Assembly (NCBI GenBank): GCA_029559155.1
Contig: JAKQCM010000240.1
Span: 3,130 to 67,129 of the forward strand
From: Chloroflexota bacterium
GTDB lineage: Bacteria; Chloroflexota; Anaerolineae; Promineifilales; Promineifilaceae
Direction of reading: 5' to 3'
DNA length: 64,000 nt
The notes beneath the pieces are model-generated. The model was not told the DNA's origin and did no database searches. It worked only from the letters and a program-made list of their open reading frames with translations. A program made the translations under genes and the position numbers. Positions 46,261-55,975 of this stretch are shown one piece after another (position 1 is the stretch's first letter; each line of letters begins with the position of its first letter).

Positions 46261-48573
46261 TCAACCGCCATTCACCAGCATGTACAATAAACCCTGTCCA
46301 CCGGCAAAAGCAACCACCAGCCCGGCAAAAACCACCGAGACCATCGACATCAATTTAATTAAGATGTTCAACGACGGGCCAGACGTATCCTTAAACGGAT
46401 CGCCAACCGTATCGCCAACAACGGCCGCTTTGTGCGCTTGTGATCCCTTGCCGCCATGATGCCCTTCTTCAATATACTTTTTGGCGTTATCCCATGACCC
46501 ACCTGCATTGGCCATCATCACCGCCAGAGCAAACCCGGCGGCCAAACCACCCGAGAGCAGCCCTAACACACCAGCCACGCCAAACAACACACCCACAATC
46601 ACGGGCACAGCGATGGCAATAACCGATGGCGTCACCATTTCCCGCTGCGCAGAGGCGGTGCTGATGTCTACACAGCGCGCATAATCCGGCTTCGAGGTGC
46701 CGGCCAAAATGCCCGGATCGCTGCGGAATTGGCGGCGAACTTCTTCCACCATGCCGCCGGCTGCCCGCCCCACGGCGCGCATCGTTAACGCCGAAAAATA
46801 GAAAGCGGTGGCTGCGCCAATAAACAAACCGATCAAAACGGCCGGATTGAGCAAGGTCACGTTGTAATAAATCATAAAATCTTGCATGGTCATCGTGGCC
46901 ACAGCGACTGCCTTACCGGCGATTTGCACCGTTTCGATGCCGCGCAGTTCTGTAAGCACCAGACGGATTTCTTCCAAATAGGCCGCCAGGAGGGCCAGCG
47001 ATGTTAACGCCGCCGAACCAATGGCGAACCCTTTGCCAATGGCCGCCGTGGTATTGCCAACCGCATCCAGTTGATCGGTTCGGTCGCGCACTTTGGGATC
47101 GAGTTCGGCCATTTCGGCGTTGCCGCCCGCGTTGTCGGCGATGGGACCGTAGGCGTCGGTGGCCAGCGTGAAACCGAGCGTGGACAACATACCCACGGCC
47201 GCAATGCCGACGCCATAAAGCCCCATGAGGATACTGCTGTTGCCGCCTACCACATAAAAGCTAATGGCAATGCCGAAGACGATGGCAATAACGGGAATTC
47301 CGTTCGATTCCATGCCCACCGCCAGGCCTTCAATCAGGGAGGTGGCGGAACTGGTTTCCGCCTGTGCGGCGATGCCGCGTGTGGGTTTGAAGGCGTGCGA
47401 GGTGTAATACTCTGTCGCTTTGCCGACGATGATGCCCACGACGAGGCCGGTGACAACGGCCGTCCACACCTGCCACCAATTCGGCAAACCCAGACTATAC
47501 AAAATAGGCAGCGACAACACGGCTATGCCAATGGAACTGCCATATAACCCTCGGCTCAAAGCGCCGATCAACTGCGCTTGCGACGCCCCTTCGTCCGCCT
47601 GTACCAGATAGATCGCCATGATGGACAAAACCACGCCCACAGCCGCCAGGACAATCGGCGCAGACAAATAACGAAGTTGCAACTCCATAATGGTAAAGCC
47701 GCCCATGGCGGTTCCGGCCGTCGCCACGGCCGCAACGCCCAGCGCAGAAGTAGCCAAAATTGAGCCGGCGTATGATTCATAAAGATCGGCGCCCATGCCG
47801 GCCACATCACCCACGTTATCGCCCACGTTGTCGGCAATCGTCGCCGGGTTGCGCGGATCGTCTTCGGGAATACCGGCTTCCACCTTGCCCACCAAATCCG
47901 CGCCGACGTCGGCCGCTTTGGTGAAAATGCCGCCGCCCACGCGGGCAAACAACGCCTGCGTAGACGCGCCCATGCCAAAGCTCAACATGGTAGCGGTAAT
48001 AATGGACAGTGGGTTTGTGGCTGTGCTGATAAAGCTGTTGGGCAAAACGACCGGAAAGGCGTAATACAAAATCAAAAACCAGGCGGTTATATCCAGGAGG
48101 GCAAATCCGACGACCACCAGACCCATCACCGCGCCAGCGCGCAGGGCAATTTGCAAACCGTTGTTCAGGCTCTGGCTGGCGGCGTGCGCCGTGCGGGCCG
48201 AGGCATTGGTGGCCGTTTTCATGCCGAAAAAGCCACAAACGGCCGAGAACAGCCCGCCAGTGATGAAGGCAAATGGAACCACAGGGTTTTGCAGCTTCAG
48301 GAAGGACATGATGAGGAAAACCACAAAAAGAACGCCAAAAACAATGCCTACAACGCGATATTGGCGGGTCAGGTAAGCCATCGCGCCTTCACGGACCGCC
48401 TGGGCAATTTCTATCATGCGCGGGGTGCCTTCGCTTTCGGCCATGACTTGGCGATAAAAATAAAATGCGTACCCAAGGGCAACAATCGCGCCAATGGGGC
48501 CAAGCCACCATAACAACGGCACGGCCGTTCTGCCAGAAACTGCATCTTGGGCCATCAACATTGTTTGTTCCAT
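46261..48573 (-). CDS. hppA: membrane-bound H+/Na+-translocating pyrophosphatase
   Basis: 770 aa, polytopic. DNVGDNVGDVAGMGADL and GDTVGDPFKDT signature blocks. Confidence 0.95.
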   Translation of the reverse strand: MEQTMLMAQDAVSGRTAVPLLWWLGPIGAIVALGYAFYFYRQVMAESEGTPRMIEIAQAVREGAMAYLTRQYRVVGIVFGVLFVVFLIMSFLKLQNPVVPFAFITGGLFSAVCGFFGMKTATNASARTAHAASQSLNNGLQIALRAGAVMGLVVVGFALLDITAWFLILYYAFPVVLPNSFISTATNPLSIITATMLSFGMGASTQALFARVGGGIFTKAADVGADLVGKVEAGIPEDDPRNPATIADNVGDNVGDVAGMGADLYESYAGSILATSALGVAAVATAGTAMGGFTIMELQLRYLSAPIVLAAVGVVLSIMAIYLVQADEGASQAQLIGALSRGLYGSSIGIAVLSLPILYSLGLPNWWQVWTAVVTGLVVGIIVGKATEYYTSHAFKPTRGIAAQAETSSATSLIEGLAVGMESNGIPVIAIVFGIAISFYVVGGNSSILMGLYGVGIAAVGMLSTLGFTLATDAYGPIADNAGGNAEMAELDPKVRDRTDQLDAVGNTTAAIGKGFAIGSAALTSLALLAAYLEEIRLVLTELRGIETVQIAGKAVAVATMTMQDFMIYYNVTLLNPAVLIGLFIGAATAFYFSALTMRAVGRAAGGMVEEVRRQFRSDPGILAGTSKPDYARCVDISTASAQREMVTPSVIAIAVPVIVGVLFGVAGVLGLLSGGLAAGFALAVMMANAGGSWDNAKKYIEEGHHGGKGSQAHKAAVVGDTVGDPFKDTSGPSLNILIKLMSMVSVVFAGLVVAFAGGQGLLYMLVNGG

Positions 48574-48945
48574 GTAATTAACTTACGCCTCCTGCAAGGT
48601 TTTGTGGTAATCCGTGTCGTGAGGATTTTGCTACCGATTGTGTTGTAAGACTACATTTCAGGAGAAATTTTACCTGATTTTGTTCCTAAGTTTTGTCCCC
48701 TTTGTTTGGGTTTAACACGGGGAGCGGATTGTAACGAATCGCACAAACCATGTCAAACACGAGCAGCAATTCTCAATTTAGAGCATGGGTTGACAAAAAA
48801 AGAAAACAAGGTCATTACTATGGCGCACGATAACTAGATTTCCCTTGCAAGAGTTTTTCAAGACCTGGCAAACGGCCTGGGCTAACTTAATCAGGCGATG
48901 AGCGGCAAACGAGCCGGTAAAACGAGCCGGTAAACGGAACCTACC

Positions 48946-49437
48946 CTATTCCAGGTTCAGGAAGTCCTCTCGGATAATCCAATCCGCAATTTGTTAGGCC
49001 GTCTCTCACCGGCAGAATTTGCGCCCCAATATGAAAGGGTATAACGCTTGTAACCGATGGTTAGCAAAATGGTCGCTTCTGTTTACACCTCATTCCATCA
49101 CCTATCTAGGCGGCGATTTGTTTAGCAATCAGCCATTCTACGAGGCATGTATGGCCCAGACGCAACACTTCATCTTTGTGTGTAAACCAGATTCCCATGT
49201 TCAGCTATACCGCCGGTTGGACGCCCTTACGCTGGACAAACGCTCCAAACAGCGCTGGATTGGCTATCATGGCGAAATCTGGCGTTGGCACGCGAGGTTA
49301 TCTATCACAACAGGTGGGTGGTCAACCACCATTTGCAGGCCAATCTGGTTTCAAACGTGTGTACTTATGGTTGCACCCGCTGGAAGATTGAGAATGAGGG
49401 CATCAATGTATTGCAGGCGCGGCCTGGCTTGCTTTAG
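48946..49437 (+). pseudogene. degraded DDE transposase remnant (IS4-superfamily-like)
   Basis: Three frame-shifted fragments: LFQVQEVLSDNPIRNLLGRLSPAEF.., ..FIFVCKPDSHVQLYRRL.., and ..CTRWKIENEGINVL (RWKIENE block). Truncated, with no inverted repeats identified. Confidence 0.6.
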
Positions 49438-50077
49438 TGCGCAGCAGCACAATCCCCAGCCAGACAAACCAAATGATTTGGCCCAGGCCAAAGATTCCGA
49501 CCAGGCTGCCTGTCAAACCGGGGACAAGGGAGATGATGCCCACCGCCCCAACCCCCAGGCCGATGATATTCAAGCTTTTGGAAAGTTCACCTGCCCGCAG
49601 TGCGGCCAGGCTGACCAGCAGCACCCACAGGCCGCCCAGAATTTCGCCATTGGCGTTGCCCAGCCCGTTGGCCACGGCTTCAATACCCAGCCAGGTGAGT
49701 GCCGCCTGGGCCGGGTTTTGGGAATAAAGGGGCGCAATCGCTGCCAGCCCGGCGTTGGCCACCATGCCAGAGGCGATCAGCGAACCGGCCCAGATGATGG
49801 CAACGGCCGTTCCCACTTGCATGAGCGCGGGTGCGTTGGTGTGTAAACGGCCGTACAACGCCAACGACAGAACAATCAGCGCAAAGCCAAAGAACACGTA
49901 CATCAGCAGGTTGGTGGAAAAAACGATCATCTGTTTGTCAACGTTCAGGGCCACCTTTTGCGCCGGATCGGTGATGCTGGGGTAATCCAGAACGACGAGG
50001 AAGATGACGATGCCAGTCAGATAGGCAACTGCCATGTACAGTGCGGCCAAACCGCCCAATTTTTGTAAAGTTTTCAT
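49403..50077 (-). CDS. DUF4386-like polytopic membrane protein
   Basis: Start at MKTLQKLGGLAALYMAVAYL... Paralogous in layout to 50802-51506. The ORF track starts at 50101. Confidence 0.6.
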   Translation of the reverse strand: MKTLQKLGGLAALYMAVAYLTGIVIFLVVLDYPSITDPAQKVALNVDKQMIVFSTNLLMYVFFGFALIVLSLALYGRLHTNAPALMQVGTAVAIIWAGSLIASGMVANAGLAAIAPLYSQNPAQAALTWLGIEAVANGLGNANGEILGGLWVLLVSLAALRAGELSKSLNIIGLGVGAVGIISLVPGLTGSLVGIFGLGQIIWFVWLGIVLLRTKASQAAPAIH

Positions 50078-50110
50078 GTTTATCTCCTTTTTGATTGGCA
50101 TAAGACGTGC

Positions 50111-50767
50111 TTACGCCAGGGCAAATCGTAATAAGGCGGACAGGTCGTTTGGCGTCTGGCTGAAATGCTGGTTGAAGAAGACCACGATCAGGATGATGTA
50201 AGCCAGAAAAGCGATCACCATGCCGGTTTGCCGCCAGGTTATTTTCTGAATCTCCTGCTTGCTCTTGACAGCACAAACATCGCCCGGGCAGAGTTGAGAC
50301 CCTTCTTTATAAAACCAGGGGTAAACCAGGCAACCCAGGCAAATGCCAAATACAGATTCGAAGAACAGGAAAGTTAAACAGGTGATACAGGCGATGCCGG
50401 TAAAAAAGCTGGTTGAATTGAGTACAACCAGCAGGCCGAACATGGTGCCTGACAAAACCAGACCGATGCTCCAGGCAAACTTTTTGGGCGCAGCACTCAC
50501 ATATTCGGGGGTTTGCCTGCCGACGATCCAGCGACCGATTATTAAAGTGGGAGCATATTGGGGTTGGACAAAGACCCGGAGCAGCAGATCGGTCAGGAAA
50601 AGGGTGATGATATATTTCATCAACACAAAATTTTCTCTGAACAATATCTGCATCCACCCAATGAACATCACCAGGAACAGGATGCCTGCCGAGGCCCTGA
50701 TCTCTCTTTCATTTAATACCGGAATGGAATATCCCGGCACGCTTTCGCCAAATTTATTCGTTTTCAT
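50111..50767 (-). CDS. DUF4395-like membrane protein
   Basis: MKTNKFGESVPGYSIPVLNEREIRASAGILFL.. plus four hydrophobic segments and a C-terminal Cys cluster. ATG 50767 follows AAAGGTG. The ORF track starts at 50818. Confidence 0.55.
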   Translation of the reverse strand: MKTNKFGESVPGYSIPVLNEREIRASAGILFLVMFIGWMQILFRENFVLMKYIITLFLTDLLLRVFVQPQYAPTLIIGRWIVGRQTPEYVSAAPKKFAWSIGLVLSGTMFGLLVVLNSTSFFTGIACITCLTFLFFESVFGICLGCLVYPWFYKEGSQLCPGDVCAVKSKQEIQKITWRQTGMVIAFLAYIILIVVFFNQHFSQTPNDLSALLRFALA

Positions 50768-50801
50768 TTTCGCACCTTTTTCATTTGAAAAGACCCATTC
50801 G

Positions 50802-51506
50802 TTATGAACGAGACTCAACCAGCGTGGGAGCTTGATGCCCGACCCCCTTGATCAGCAGCCACAACGTCAACCCGGCCTCCGAGACTAAACCTAGCGGGTA
50901 ACTGATGAAGGTGATGGCGGTGAAGCCGGGGAAAAGGAAGTAGCAGACGAAGGTCGCCGACCAGGAAAAGAAATGGATAAGCAGAATGATGCCCAGAATT
51001 TTGGGCAGAAAACCCGACTTGAACACGAGGACGCCCAGCGGAAAAAGCCAGGCGGCGAAGAACAACTGGGCAAGCATGAACCCGTTTTCATTCAAATCGA
51101 GAAAGAACATGACCAGGGCTTGCACTTGCTCTGCTGGGAAAACGTTCATGCTGCCGGAACTATTTAATAGAACCAGGGGGGCGAACAGAAAAAGATCGCT
51201 CAAGCATTGAACGACCACACCGCCCAGATTTAATAACAGGAACAGCAAAGCCAGGTTTTTATTGACCGGCTTCAACAAGGCATATAACGCCCAGGCTGTC
51301 AAAAGAAATAACAGAGCGGCGAGCAGATCGATCATGAAGCCCAACCGAAATTGAGCCTCATGCGCCAAAATGTTGTTGACTGTCCCGGCTGCGTCCCCGG
51401 ATTTGATCAGAGCGGAGGCGCCAAACCCAGCGCCGAGGATCGTGATCACAATATATGCCAGGTAAAAAGCGCCTGCGGTTCTTGCGGTTTTATTAGACGG
51501 ATTCAT
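50802..51506 (-). CDS. DUF4386-like polytopic membrane protein
   Basis: MNPSNKTARTAGAFYLAYIVITILG.. is a typical N-terminus for this family. 234 aa. Confidence 0.6.
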   Translation of the reverse strand: MNPSNKTARTAGAFYLAYIVITILGAGFGASALIKSGDAAGTVNNILAHEAQFRLGFMIDLLAALLFLLTAWALYALLKPVNKNLALLFLLLNLGGVVVQCLSDLFLFAPLVLLNSSGSMNVFPAEQVQALVMFFLDLNENGFMLAQLFFAAWLFPLGVLVFKSGFLPKILGIILLIHFFSWSATFVCYFLFPGFTAITFISYPLGLVSEAGLTLWLLIKGVGHQAPTLVESRS

Positions 51507-51523
51507 TTTATTTCTCCTTGATT

Positions 51524-51934
51524 TTAGGCTTCTTCATGACGCCAGGCCCAGGCAAACCAGACGATCAGCAGCAGGCAAAGGGACTCAACGATAGCGATGA
51601 AAATGTAATGGGGATAAGACGCCATGCCGCCCCAGATATAAGCCAGGGTGACAATAGCCACGACGATATTTGTCCAGCGATTAATGTCAAACTTCAACAC
51701 GCGTGACAGGACAATCATGGCAATGCCGAGCTGTCCCATCACCGCGCCGGCCAACATCAACTGCGGAATGGTTGCGCCCACGCTGGCGGCGGTCCGTTCC
51801 ACTTCGCCCACCGCGTCTGGGATGAACAGTGAGAGGATGTCTGCTTTCAGCATGTTAATCATCACCACGATCCAGAGGGTGGAGAGCACGACTTTCGTAT
51901 CAACCTTTTTTGCAGAGGCTGCACTTGTGTTCAT
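51524..51934 (-). CDS. small four-TM membrane protein (DUF6326-like)
   Basis: VVLSTLWIVVMINMLKADILSLFIP. 136 aa. Confidence 0.5.
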   Translation of the reverse strand: MNTSAASAKKVDTKVVLSTLWIVVMINMLKADILSLFIPDAVGEVERTAASVGATIPQLMLAGAVMGQLGIAMIVLSRVLKFDINRWTNIVVAIVTLAYIWGGMASYPHYIFIAIVESLCLLLIVWFAWAWRHEEA

Positions 51935-51978
51935 TTTTTCTCCTTTTTTGCATCAACGTGAGCAATTTGATGTGGGCA

Positions 51979-52542
51979 TTAGGCTGCCAACAATGCAGCT
52001 ATCGACAGCAGCATTGTCAACACGAAGCCCACCAACAAGATGATCTGGAGACGTTTGCTCTGGGGGTGATCGACCCAGTACGTGAGAATGACGGATAATG
52101 CCAAGGTCTGGGCCAACACCTCCGGCCAACCGGCTATGTGATCCCATAACGGCAAATTAAAAAAAATCATGCCCTCAATGCCGCCCCAACTGGCTGAAAA
52201 TGGCGTCAAAATCCCTAAAACGACAAGCAGACACCACATGATCAACCAGCCTCTTCGGTTGCTAAATAGAACGTCTCTTAACAGGTAAAAAACAATCGCC
52301 AACAGTGCCGCCCTTAATGGCTGGAACAGCGGGCTGGCTATCAGAATCGGATCCGTGAGGTTGCGAATGATCGGGGCCACATCTGGCCGGATCATACGCG
52401 TTGCATAGCCAAGGAGAATCGAAGCGACAACGCCGGTAACGAAATAAGTGACGGTATGCGTCACCATCGTCCGATAGAGAATGGACCAAAAAGAAGGTTG
52501 TGGGGCATCCATCACTTGAATATGTTGAGGGCTCGTGTTCAT
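51979..52542 (-). CDS. hypothetical polytopic membrane protein
   Basis: 187-aa ORF with 5-6 hydrophobic segments. No family recognised. Confidence 0.5.
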   Translation of the reverse strand: MNTSPQHIQVMDAPQPSFWSILYRTMVTHTVTYFVTGVVASILLGYATRMIRPDVAPIIRNLTDPILIASPLFQPLRAALLAIVFYLLRDVLFSNRRGWLIMWCLLVVLGILTPFSASWGGIEGMIFFNLPLWDHIAGWPEVLAQTLALSVILTYWVDHPQSKRLQIILLVGFVLTMLLSIAALLAA

Positions 52543-52569
52543 GTATTTCTCGTTCTTTGAATCGTCTTG

Positions 52570-52779
52570 CTAAACGTCCGATACCTGGATTTGAACAACC
52601 GAAACCAGCGGCATTCCCAGGTCGCGCACTTTTTTGAGCAAGCCATGCAGCGCGGCCTGGTCAATGACGGGACCGACTAAAAGCGTGTCGCCATCTTCTT
52701 CCAGCGTGATCGTCAAGCCATCAAACCAGTCGGTCCATTGGCTTTCCAGGTGGCCTTTGATTCTGATCCGATAGATCAT
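52570..52779 (-). CDS. small conserved soluble protein (69 aa) downstream of the LuxR/MalT gene
   Basis: MIYRIRIKGHLESQWTDWFDGLTITLEEDGDTLLVGPVIDQAALHGLLKKVRDLGMPLVSV. The rest of the 184-aa listed ORF looks non-coding. An alternative ATG is at 52821. Confidence 0.55.
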   Translation of the reverse strand: MIYRIRIKGHLESQWTDWFDGLTITLEEDGDTLLVGPVIDQAALHGLLKKVRDLGMPLVSVVQIQVSDV

Positions 52780-52972
52780 GGGGTGGCTTACGGCCGTTTG
52801 CCATTCGCGTTTGTCCGACATTACCCTGTACCTGCTGTGGCCGACCGTTTGTCCGCGCCACCTGCCCAATGCACAGGTACTATACCCAGGCCACAGGGTT
52901 GCCGTATAGACACTTTGGTGTGGATTCGAAGTGTTGTTTTGATTGAGTAAAAATCTAGGGGAAAAAGGACCG

Positions 52973-55624
52973 CTACAGCAAGCCCAGCTCATGGGCACGG
53001 ACGATCGCTTCGGTGCGTCGCTGAACTTGTAGTTTTTCAAATATCCGGCGGTTGTGGCCCTTGATGGTGTCCAGGGCCAGGAAGAGTCGCTGGCCGATTT
53101 CCTGGTTCGAGAGGCCCTGGGCAATCAGGCACAAGACTTCCAGCTCGCGCGGGCTGAGTGGTTCGGCCAAAGTTGAAGGGCCGGGAGTGGAGGAAAACGG
53201 CCGTTCTTCCATGTTCTCTGCCACAAAGGCGGCCAACAACTTTTTCACATAGCCCGGTCGTACTCCCTGTACGGCCGTTGCCGATAGGAGTTCCGCCATC
53301 AAGGCCCCTTTGTTCAAGAAGAGACAGATGTAGCCGCCCGGCTCGGCCAGCGCCAGTGTCGCGCCAAGCAGGTCCAATGCCTGCGCCGTCTCACCACACG
53401 CATAAAAAGCGATCGATTGGACGGCCATTACCTCAAGCAATCTTTGCGCCGACCCTTTGGCTTCCACTTGCTGGCGCAAAGATTTTAACAATTTCAAGGC
53501 CGCGGATGGGTCGCCACCGGCAATGAAAGCACGTGCCTCCATGAGCGGCAGGTCATGTCGCCGTGCCAATTGGAAAACAGCCTCAAGATTTCCCTGGCGC
53601 AGGCAGATCTCCGACTGGCAGTAGGCCAGGTCCTGCAGACGAATGCGGATGTTCTTCTGGTACACGGTTTGTTCTGTCTGCCAGGCAATGCCCTCCGCGC
53701 CGCCCACATCTCCTTGGGCCAATTTCAGACGGGCCAGGTACAACTTGCTCAAAATCAGCCGGTCAACGACATGATCATACTGCTGCGCCCATTGTATGCT
53801 CTGCTCCAGGTATTTTTCAGCGGCATTCAGGTTGTTCCACTCATAATGGATATCCGCCAGGCCCATATATGCGACCGCCGCGTTCGACGGTGAATATTCA
53901 CAAATCAAATCCAGAGCCTGTTGGTAGGTTTCGGCTGCCTGGAAAAGCTGGCTGTTCAGCGCCTGAATCTGGCCCAAACGAAGTGAAGCCAGAATCGTGT
54001 TGGTGATGTCCCCATCTGTCTGAGCAAGCGCCAAGGCTTCGGCATAGGCCTGACTAGCAGCCGCATGATCCTCCTGGAGATAGCAGCCCTGGCCCAACAT
54101 CAACAGCGCTGTGGAGCGGTCCGGCAGGTTGGTAGAAGGCAGATATTCCAGGGCGCGGTGTGCCTGAGATAGGATGGTTTCTATCTCAAACTGGTGCGTC
54201 GCCAGGGTCGCCCTGGCAATGGCGATTTTCCCAATCAAGTCTCGGGTCGTGTCGTCCAATTTCGACCCTGACAACGATGCGGCAGCCAAGGCGGCCTCAG
54301 TCGCCTGGATTTTCTCCTCTACCCCTATCGTTTGGCCGATAGCCAGCAGCAGCGAAGCTTGCTTCCACCACAGGGCGGGTCGGGAATCTAGCCAGGTCTT
54401 GGGAAGTGAGTCCAACCAACTCAGTATCGTTGTTGCCGTGCCAGGAAGGTGCAGCGGCATCTTCTTACTTTCCACCAGCCATTCAGCACGCGCAATGTCA
54501 TTGGCCATGACTGCATGGCGGAATGCTTCCAGCATCAGGTTGTTGTTTTCACACCATTTGCTGGCCCGGATATGCAGGTCAGCGATTTCTTCTGGAGCAA
54601 GCCTTTGTCCCAACCGCTGGCGCAACAGGTCAGCAAAGAGATGGTGATACCGATACCAACGCCGTTCGTTATCCAAAGGGACAAGGAATAAGTTGACGTG
54701 TTCAAGATATTCCAGGGTTTCCTGTCCGGAATCAGGGAGAACACCCAAAACAGCGTCACACAACGGCCCGCATAGGCGGTCGAGGATTGAGGTATGGAGC
54801 AAGAAGGTTTGAACCATTTCAGGCTGCTGGTGGAAAACCTCTTCGAGCAGATAGTCGAGCACGAAGTAGTGGCTGCCCGTAAACGATTGGATAAAGCCTG
54901 TGGTGTCCTTAATTCCCTGCATGGAGAGCGCCGCCAATTGCAAACCGGCGATCCAACCTTCAGTGCGGGTTTCCAAGGCGGCGATGTCTTCGGGTGAGAG
55001 GGTCAATCCCATCACCTGGTTGAGAAATTCGGCCGCTTCAGGGGGATTAAAGCGTAAATCGGCCGTGCGCAGTTCTGTCAATTGTCGCCTGGCGCGTAAC
55101 CGTGACAGGGGTAGGGATGGATCTTCGCGCGTGGCGATGACCAGGTGCATCTGCGGCGGCTGGTGTTCGATCAGGAATGTCAGGCACTGATCGACCGGTT
55201 GAGAATCAATCGAGTGATAGTCATCCAACACAAGGGCAAAATCTTCTGGAATGCTGGCAATTTCATTTAGCAAGATCGTTAGGATGAATTCAGGTGATTG
55301 TTGCTGCGGCAGTTCGAGTATCCCGAACGCCTTCATCCCAATTTCGGGTGAAAGGGTTTGCAATGCAGCAATAAGGTAAGCGAGAAAGCGGGTGGGATCG
55401 CGGTCTCTTTCATCTAGGGAGAGCCAGGCAAACGGCCGTTCACATCTTTCGATCCATTCGCAGATTAACGTTGTTTTGCCAAAGCCGGCCGGAGCGGAGA
55501 CGAGTGTCAATGTGCCACCTGTTTGTAAACCCTGGTTGAGCTTGACGAGGAGTTGGGGTCGGGAAACAAGTGGTTGCCGTAAATGTGGCATGTGCAGTTT
55601 CGTCTTCAGCAGCGTATAAGCCAT
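52973..55624 (-). CDS. MalT-like LuxR-family transcriptional regulator (P-loop, TPR-like region, HTH)
   Basis: Walker A SAPAGFGKTT. Long helical-repeat middle. C-terminal LSPRELEVLCLIAQGLSNQEIGQRLFLALDTIKGHNRRIFEKL. Confidence 0.9.
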   Translation of the reverse strand: MAYTLLKTKLHMPHLRQPLVSRPQLLVKLNQGLQTGGTLTLVSAPAGFGKTTLICEWIERCERPFAWLSLDERDRDPTRFLAYLIAALQTLSPEIGMKAFGILELPQQQSPEFILTILLNEIASIPEDFALVLDDYHSIDSQPVDQCLTFLIEHQPPQMHLVIATREDPSLPLSRLRARRQLTELRTADLRFNPPEAAEFLNQVMGLTLSPEDIAALETRTEGWIAGLQLAALSMQGIKDTTGFIQSFTGSHYFVLDYLLEEVFHQQPEMVQTFLLHTSILDRLCGPLCDAVLGVLPDSGQETLEYLEHVNLFLVPLDNERRWYRYHHLFADLLRQRLGQRLAPEEIADLHIRASKWCENNNLMLEAFRHAVMANDIARAEWLVESKKMPLHLPGTATTILSWLDSLPKTWLDSRPALWWKQASLLLAIGQTIGVEEKIQATEAALAAASLSGSKLDDTTRDLIGKIAIARATLATHQFEIETILSQAHRALEYLPSTNLPDRSTALLMLGQGCYLQEDHAAASQAYAEALALAQTDGDITNTILASLRLGQIQALNSQLFQAAETYQQALDLICEYSPSNAAVAYMGLADIHYEWNNLNAAEKYLEQSIQWAQQYDHVVDRLILSKLYLARLKLAQGDVGGAEGIAWQTEQTVYQKNIRIRLQDLAYCQSEICLRQGNLEAVFQLARRHDLPLMEARAFIAGGDPSAALKLLKSLRQQVEAKGSAQRLLEVMAVQSIAFYACGETAQALDLLGATLALAEPGGYICLFLNKGALMAELLSATAVQGVRPGYVKKLLAAFVAENMEERPFSSTPGPSTLAEPLSPRELEVLCLIAQGLSNQEIGQRLFLALDTIKGHNRRIFEKLQVQRRTEAIVRAHELGLL

Positions 55625-55975
55625 GCAGATATTATAAAATCAGTAGATCGAAATGAGTAGACAAAATTAACAAGAAGCGCCACGATGAATCCTTCAATCT
55701 CTTTCAATAGAGGACTCGAAGTGGCTAAACAGAATAACAGCAATTCCCGGAGCTTTACCTTGCACCCCTCGACTGATAACTGATTTTTAGCGCAAAATCT
55801 TTACGAAACTATGTCCTATTTGAGTCGGGAGCAGATCGATTCGATACAACCCCAACAGAATCTCCATCACATCTTGATAATTCGTATGTATCCTTGTGCC
55901 AGAACAAATAAACGGCCGTAAGCGGTCTCGCCCTCCACCGGCCATCTGCAACTGCATACCACAAAAGGAACACAT

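Noticed and set aside
48574-48945. Long AT-richer spacer upstream of hppA, with a TTGACA at 48791-48796 and a 13-nt tandem duplication (AACGAGCCGGTAA twice, ~48908-48933). I considered a promoter or a small RNA.
   Set aside because: The spacing to any -10-like hexamer is about 18-20 nt with poor -10 matches. I could not see a conserved structure or ORF. The tandem duplication likely belongs to the decayed IS region.
49019-49846. 275-aa plus-strand ORF.
   Set aside because: It is a chimera. The first ~130 codons run through the degraded transposase remnant, and the rest is antisense to the DUF4386-like membrane gene (49403-50077). It is not a real gene.
52780-53124. N-terminal 115 residues of the listed 184-aa minus-strand ORF (52570-53124).
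   Set aside because: This part overlaps the 3-prime end of the LuxR/MalT gene and translates to low-complexity sequence. Only the C-terminal 69 aa (from MIYRIRIKG) look protein-like.
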